DNA from: a virus
IMG/VR virus record: IMGVR_UViG_3300045988_061146
DNA: 37,258 nt
Reading direction: 5' to 3' (one strand)
Both the position numbers and the translations under genes were made by a program. Under the pieces are notes generated by a model that did not search any database, was not told the DNA's origin, and was given only the letters and a program-made list of their open reading frames with translations. Within the stretch, counting starts at the first letter, position 1. The number at the start of each line of letters is the position of its first letter. Positions 35,186 to 37,258 of the stretch are shown in pieces.

Positions 35186-35484
35186 TCCGCTTTGCCCCCT
35201 TTCAGAATGTCCAGGGCGTCAGCGACGACCCGGTCAACGTCACGCCAACCGACTTCGACGCCATTTTTGCGGGCTTCAAGAAGGTTCGACAGGGTGGAGA
35301 TAGCGGCCGCGGTTGCGGCGTCTGCTTTGTCGGCGCGGGTTCTCTGCTCTCTGGCAGTTTCCCAGGCGGCCGCACTCTGGCGGCGCTCGAAGTCAAGGTC
35401 GCGGCGGGTTTCGACGCCTTCGACCAGGACGTCCAGGGTGAACGCCTTCACGGCGTCGGTATCATAAAAGTTCAGTTTCGGCAT
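35182..35484 (-). CDS. Hypothetical early protein, 100 aa
   Basis: A coupled ORF upstream of the Gp157 gene. Confidence 0.4.
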   Translation of the reverse strand: MPKLNFYDTDAVKAFTLDVLVEGVETRRDLDFERRQSAAAWETAREQRTRADKADAATAAAISTLSNLLEARKNGVEVGWRDVDRVVADALDILKGGKAE

Positions 35485-35485
35485 A

Positions 35486-35578
35486 TTGAAAACCGTTCCT
35501 TTCTCTGCTATAATGCAGTTAGTTCTTTTTGGAATGGGCCGTTTCGGTTGTTGTGGTGACGACGAAACGGTCCTTTTC
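35486..35578 (+). ncRNA. Candidate small plus-strand RNA. A consensus sigma-70 promoter (TTGAAA-N17-TATAAT) is followed about 25 nt later by an intrinsic terminator (ggccgtttcg ... cgaaacggtcc ttttct).
   Basis: The transcript would be about 55-60 nt and contains no credible ORF. It sits in a 100-bp gap between minus-strand genes and is antisense to the leader of gene 35182..35484. Confidence 0.4.
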
Positions 35579-35585
35579 TACTTCT

Positions 35586-35879
35586 TCAACGATAATTTTT
35601 CGCGCGCCCAGAAGGACAAGGGCTTTGACGACTTGTCCGACCTGTACGGGCGACAGGGTCTTCGCGGCGTACTTCACGCGGCTTCCTCCTTTCCGGTTCG
35701 GTATAGTCGAACGCGCCGGCCAGGTTGCAGAACAGGACCCACAAGGCCATAAGCGCGAACACGCGGACCATTCCGGGAAAAAGGGGAACTATGTCCTGTT
35801 CGATGGCTCCGACCGCGCCCAGCATTAGGAAAAACAGGACGAAGGCGATCACGCCGCACACGTTTTTGAACTTAGACAT
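35586..35879 (-). CDS. Small membrane protein with two TM helices and a basic C-terminal tail
   Basis: VCGVIAFVLFFLMLGAVGAI and VFALMALWVLFCNLAGAF. Confidence 0.45.
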   Translation of the reverse strand: MSKFKNVCGVIAFVLFFLMLGAVGAIEQDIVPLFPGMVRVFALMALWVLFCNLAGAFDYTEPERRKPREVRREDPVARTGRTSRQSPCPSGRAKNYR

Positions 35880-36245
35880 TTAAGCCACCCCCCCGCAGAA
35901 TTGAACGCCGGTTTCGACCAGGGCGTCCAGGGAAACGGTCAGGTCCCGCGCTCCGTAGGGCGCGCCCTTGATCCCGTACAGTTTCGCCGCGTCTTTGCAG
36001 TTCAGGACTTCATATTGCAGTTGGGCGAAGATGTGCTGTTCCAGGTCCTTTCCCTTGTCCGGGTCGTAGTTCTCGACGGCGCGGATCATGCGGATCGCTA
36101 ACTGCCGGAAGACGTCTTCGTCGTCCAGGCCGGCGGCACTGATCAGACGCCGGTTCTTGTTGATGGTCCACCAGATACAGCCCAGATGTGTTTCGACCAG
36201 GGCGTTTCGCTCCTGGGTGGTGATCGTCCACTTCAAGGCTGTCAC
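35880..36245 (-). CDS. Sigma-70 region-2-like domain protein, a putative early transcription regulator, about 121 aa from GTG
   Basis: NALVETHLGCIWWTINKNRRLISAAGLDDEDVFRQLAIRMIRAVENYDPDKGKDLEQHIFAQLQYEV resembles sigma region 2. The GTG start is coupled to the upstream stop. Confidence 0.45.
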   Translation of the reverse strand: MTALKWTITTQERNALVETHLGCIWWTINKNRRLISAAGLDDEDVFRQLAIRMIRAVENYDPDKGKDLEQHIFAQLQYEVLNCKDAAKLYGIKGAPYGARDLTVSLDALVETGVQFCGGVA

Positions 36246-36517
36246 CTTCCTTCCATGCGCGCCCTGACGGCGGAATAGAAGTCTTCCGGGGTCATGTCGG
36301 GCGGTACGGTTAGGGCGATCGTGTGGAACTGCTTCCGGCATTTCGTACATTCCCGGCGTTCAATCGCGCCGACCGTCCAGACATTCACGCTTCCGCCGCG
36401 TCCCTGGGATAGACCGATTTCCCCACAAAATGGGCAGATCACACGAAGGCCGTTCTTCGCGATTTTCCCGTCTTCACAGATCACACCGTTTGTCGGCTGA
36501 CTCACGATTTCCTTCAT
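36242..36517 (-). CDS. Zinc-finger protein (CxxC-N-CxxC), possibly an Ogr/Delta-like regulator, about 91 aa from MKEIV
   Basis: ICPFCGE...(22)...CTKCRKQFHT. Confidence 0.4.
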   Translation of the reverse strand: MKEIVSQPTNGVICEDGKIAKNGLRVICPFCGEIGLSQGRGGSVNVWTVGAIERRECTKCRKQFHTIALTVPPDMTPEDFYSAVRARMEGR

Positions 36518-36678
36518 TCGCCCACCGCCTTTTCTTCCCGCGCGTCGGTACGCTTGCCCTTTTTCTTTTTCTGGGGAAGGGTGATCCCCAGTTTCGCGGC
36601 GCACGTCCGGCCGTAACCGACTTCGCGGAAAAACGGGTCCTTCAATCGGCGGCCACAGCGCCCACAGGTATCAGACAT
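36514..36678 (-). CDS. Small CGRC zinc-binding protein, about 54 aa
   Basis: MSDTCGRCGRRLKDPFFREVGYGRTCAAKLG. The RBS is AAGGAGGGAAATGCAA followed by ATG. Confidence 0.4.
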   Translation of the reverse strand: MSDTCGRCGRRLKDPFFREVGYGRTCAAKLGITLPQKKKKGKRTDAREEKAVGE

Positions 36679-36973
36679 TTGCATTTCCCTCCTTCTTTCG
36701 TCCACGGCGGCGAAGGCCCTCCTGGACCCGCTTCTGGGCCAGTTCCGGGTCATACGCCGGGCGGAAGTTCTTGTCCAGGGTGACGCCGTCCTGGCCGCGC
36801 TTCAACTCGGTATAGACGGTGGTTCGCGACACGCCGATTTTCTGGGCGATTTCGCCGGCGATCGCCCCGTTCGCATACATGGAAGCGATCGTCTTTCGGT
36901 CGTCGAACTCGATCGTTTTGAACTGTCTTGCCACGTTTTCACCTTCTTTCTTTTCCTTTGGCGGCGTCACCAA
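36671..36973 (-). CDS. Stand-alone HTH_38-type DNA-binding protein that resembles the N-terminal HTH of the IS30 transposase. It may start at an internal GTG near 36934.
   Basis: IASMYANGAIAGEIAQKIGVSRTTVYTELKRG compared with the transposase sequence IEAFLKCGKSVQEIADEIGVHRNTIYNELKRG. Confidence 0.5.
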   Translation of the reverse strand: MVTPPKEKKEGENVARQFKTIEFDDRKTIASMYANGAIAGEIAQKIGVSRTTVYTELKRGQDGVTLDKNFRPAYDPELAQKRVQEGLRRRGRKKEGNANV

Positions 36974-37233
36974 AGGTTTTTGTCGGGGTCCCCGTTGGTC
37001 TGCTCAACGTCCGGGTTGTAGATTACAGTGACGACGTCTTCGTAACGCTTCGCGGCCACGATTTCGACTTCCCACAGGACATTCCACGTCGCGACCTTGC
37101 AGATCAAATCGACCGCAAAGTCAGCCGTGACGACTTCGCCGTCCATAGACACCAGGTAGAACTTCTTCACGTCCAGACCAGCGGTCTTCACGACGATATT
37201 TTCAAGCATTTTCCGAACGGTCATTTTCTTCAT
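36967..37233 (-). CDS. Hypothetical early protein, about 88 aa from MKKMTVRK
   Basis: Its first 25 codons are duplicated at window positions 1..74 because of the assembly overlap. Confidence 0.4.
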   Translation of the reverse strand: MKKMTVRKMLENIVVKTAGLDVKKFYLVSMDGEVVTADFAVDLICKVATWNVLWEVEIVAAKRYEDVVTVIYNPDVEQTNGDPDKNLW

Positions 37234-37258
37234 AACCGGGACCCCCACATAAAAAAAT

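Noticed and set aside
35486-35828. Plus-strand ORFs 35486..35752 and 35529..35828 downstream of the plus-strand promoter
   Set aside because: They run through an intrinsic terminator within 60 nt of the start, have junk composition, and overlap a minus-strand membrane-protein gene. The promoter is more likely to drive a short non-coding RNA.

Overview
The window is a complete, circularly closed phage or prophage genome of about 37.16 kb. Bases 1..99 are identical to 37160..37258, which looks like a circular-assembly overlap. The DNA is high-GC and Firmicutes/Clostridia-like, and almost every gene is on the minus strand, often joined by ATGA/GTGA start-stop overlaps.

Gene order on the minus strand, from high to low coordinates:
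- Early/replication module: HTH proteins, small Zn-finger proteins, a sigma-like regulator, a Sipho_Gp157 protein, a Rad52-like annealing protein, a replisome organiser, a DnaC-like loader, RusA and SSB.
- Accessory block: a compact C5-methyltransferase-like gene split across two frames next to a C8 homopolymer, a 3D-domain lipoprotein, and several small hypothetical proteins.
- ArpU-family late activator, then TerS, TerL, portal, an SPP1-gp7-like minor head protein, scaffold, major capsid and neck proteins.
- PBSX-like contractile tail: sheath, tube, a chaperone with a -1 frameshift, tape measure, XkdP/Q/R/S/T/U homologues and a fibre.
- A diversity-generating retroelement (DGR: avd, template repeat, reverse transcriptase, target 1).
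- Two tandem XkdX-like ORFs, a holin/XhlA-like lysis cluster, an amidase endolysin and an HK97 gp10-like ORF.
- Lysogeny-type module: two XRE repressors, an opposite-strand bacterial PH (bPH)-domain membrane protein, and an IS30-family DDE transposase where an integrase would normally sit.

The main result is the DGR. A 100-bp AAC-rich template repeat (TR) sits between avd and the reverse transcriptase. It has two cognate variable repeats (VRs) whose differences fall almost entirely on TR adenines. VR1 lies in a C-type-lectin-like, tail-fibre-position protein. VR2 lies about 23 kb away in a small lectin-like protein inside the early/replication operon.

No rRNA, tRNA or CRISPR array was seen. 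Nucleotide-level coordinates carry a few bp of uncertainty in the 28-31 kb region, where my reading of the raw text and the ORF-track frames disagreed by 1-10 nt. I followed the ORF-track frames.
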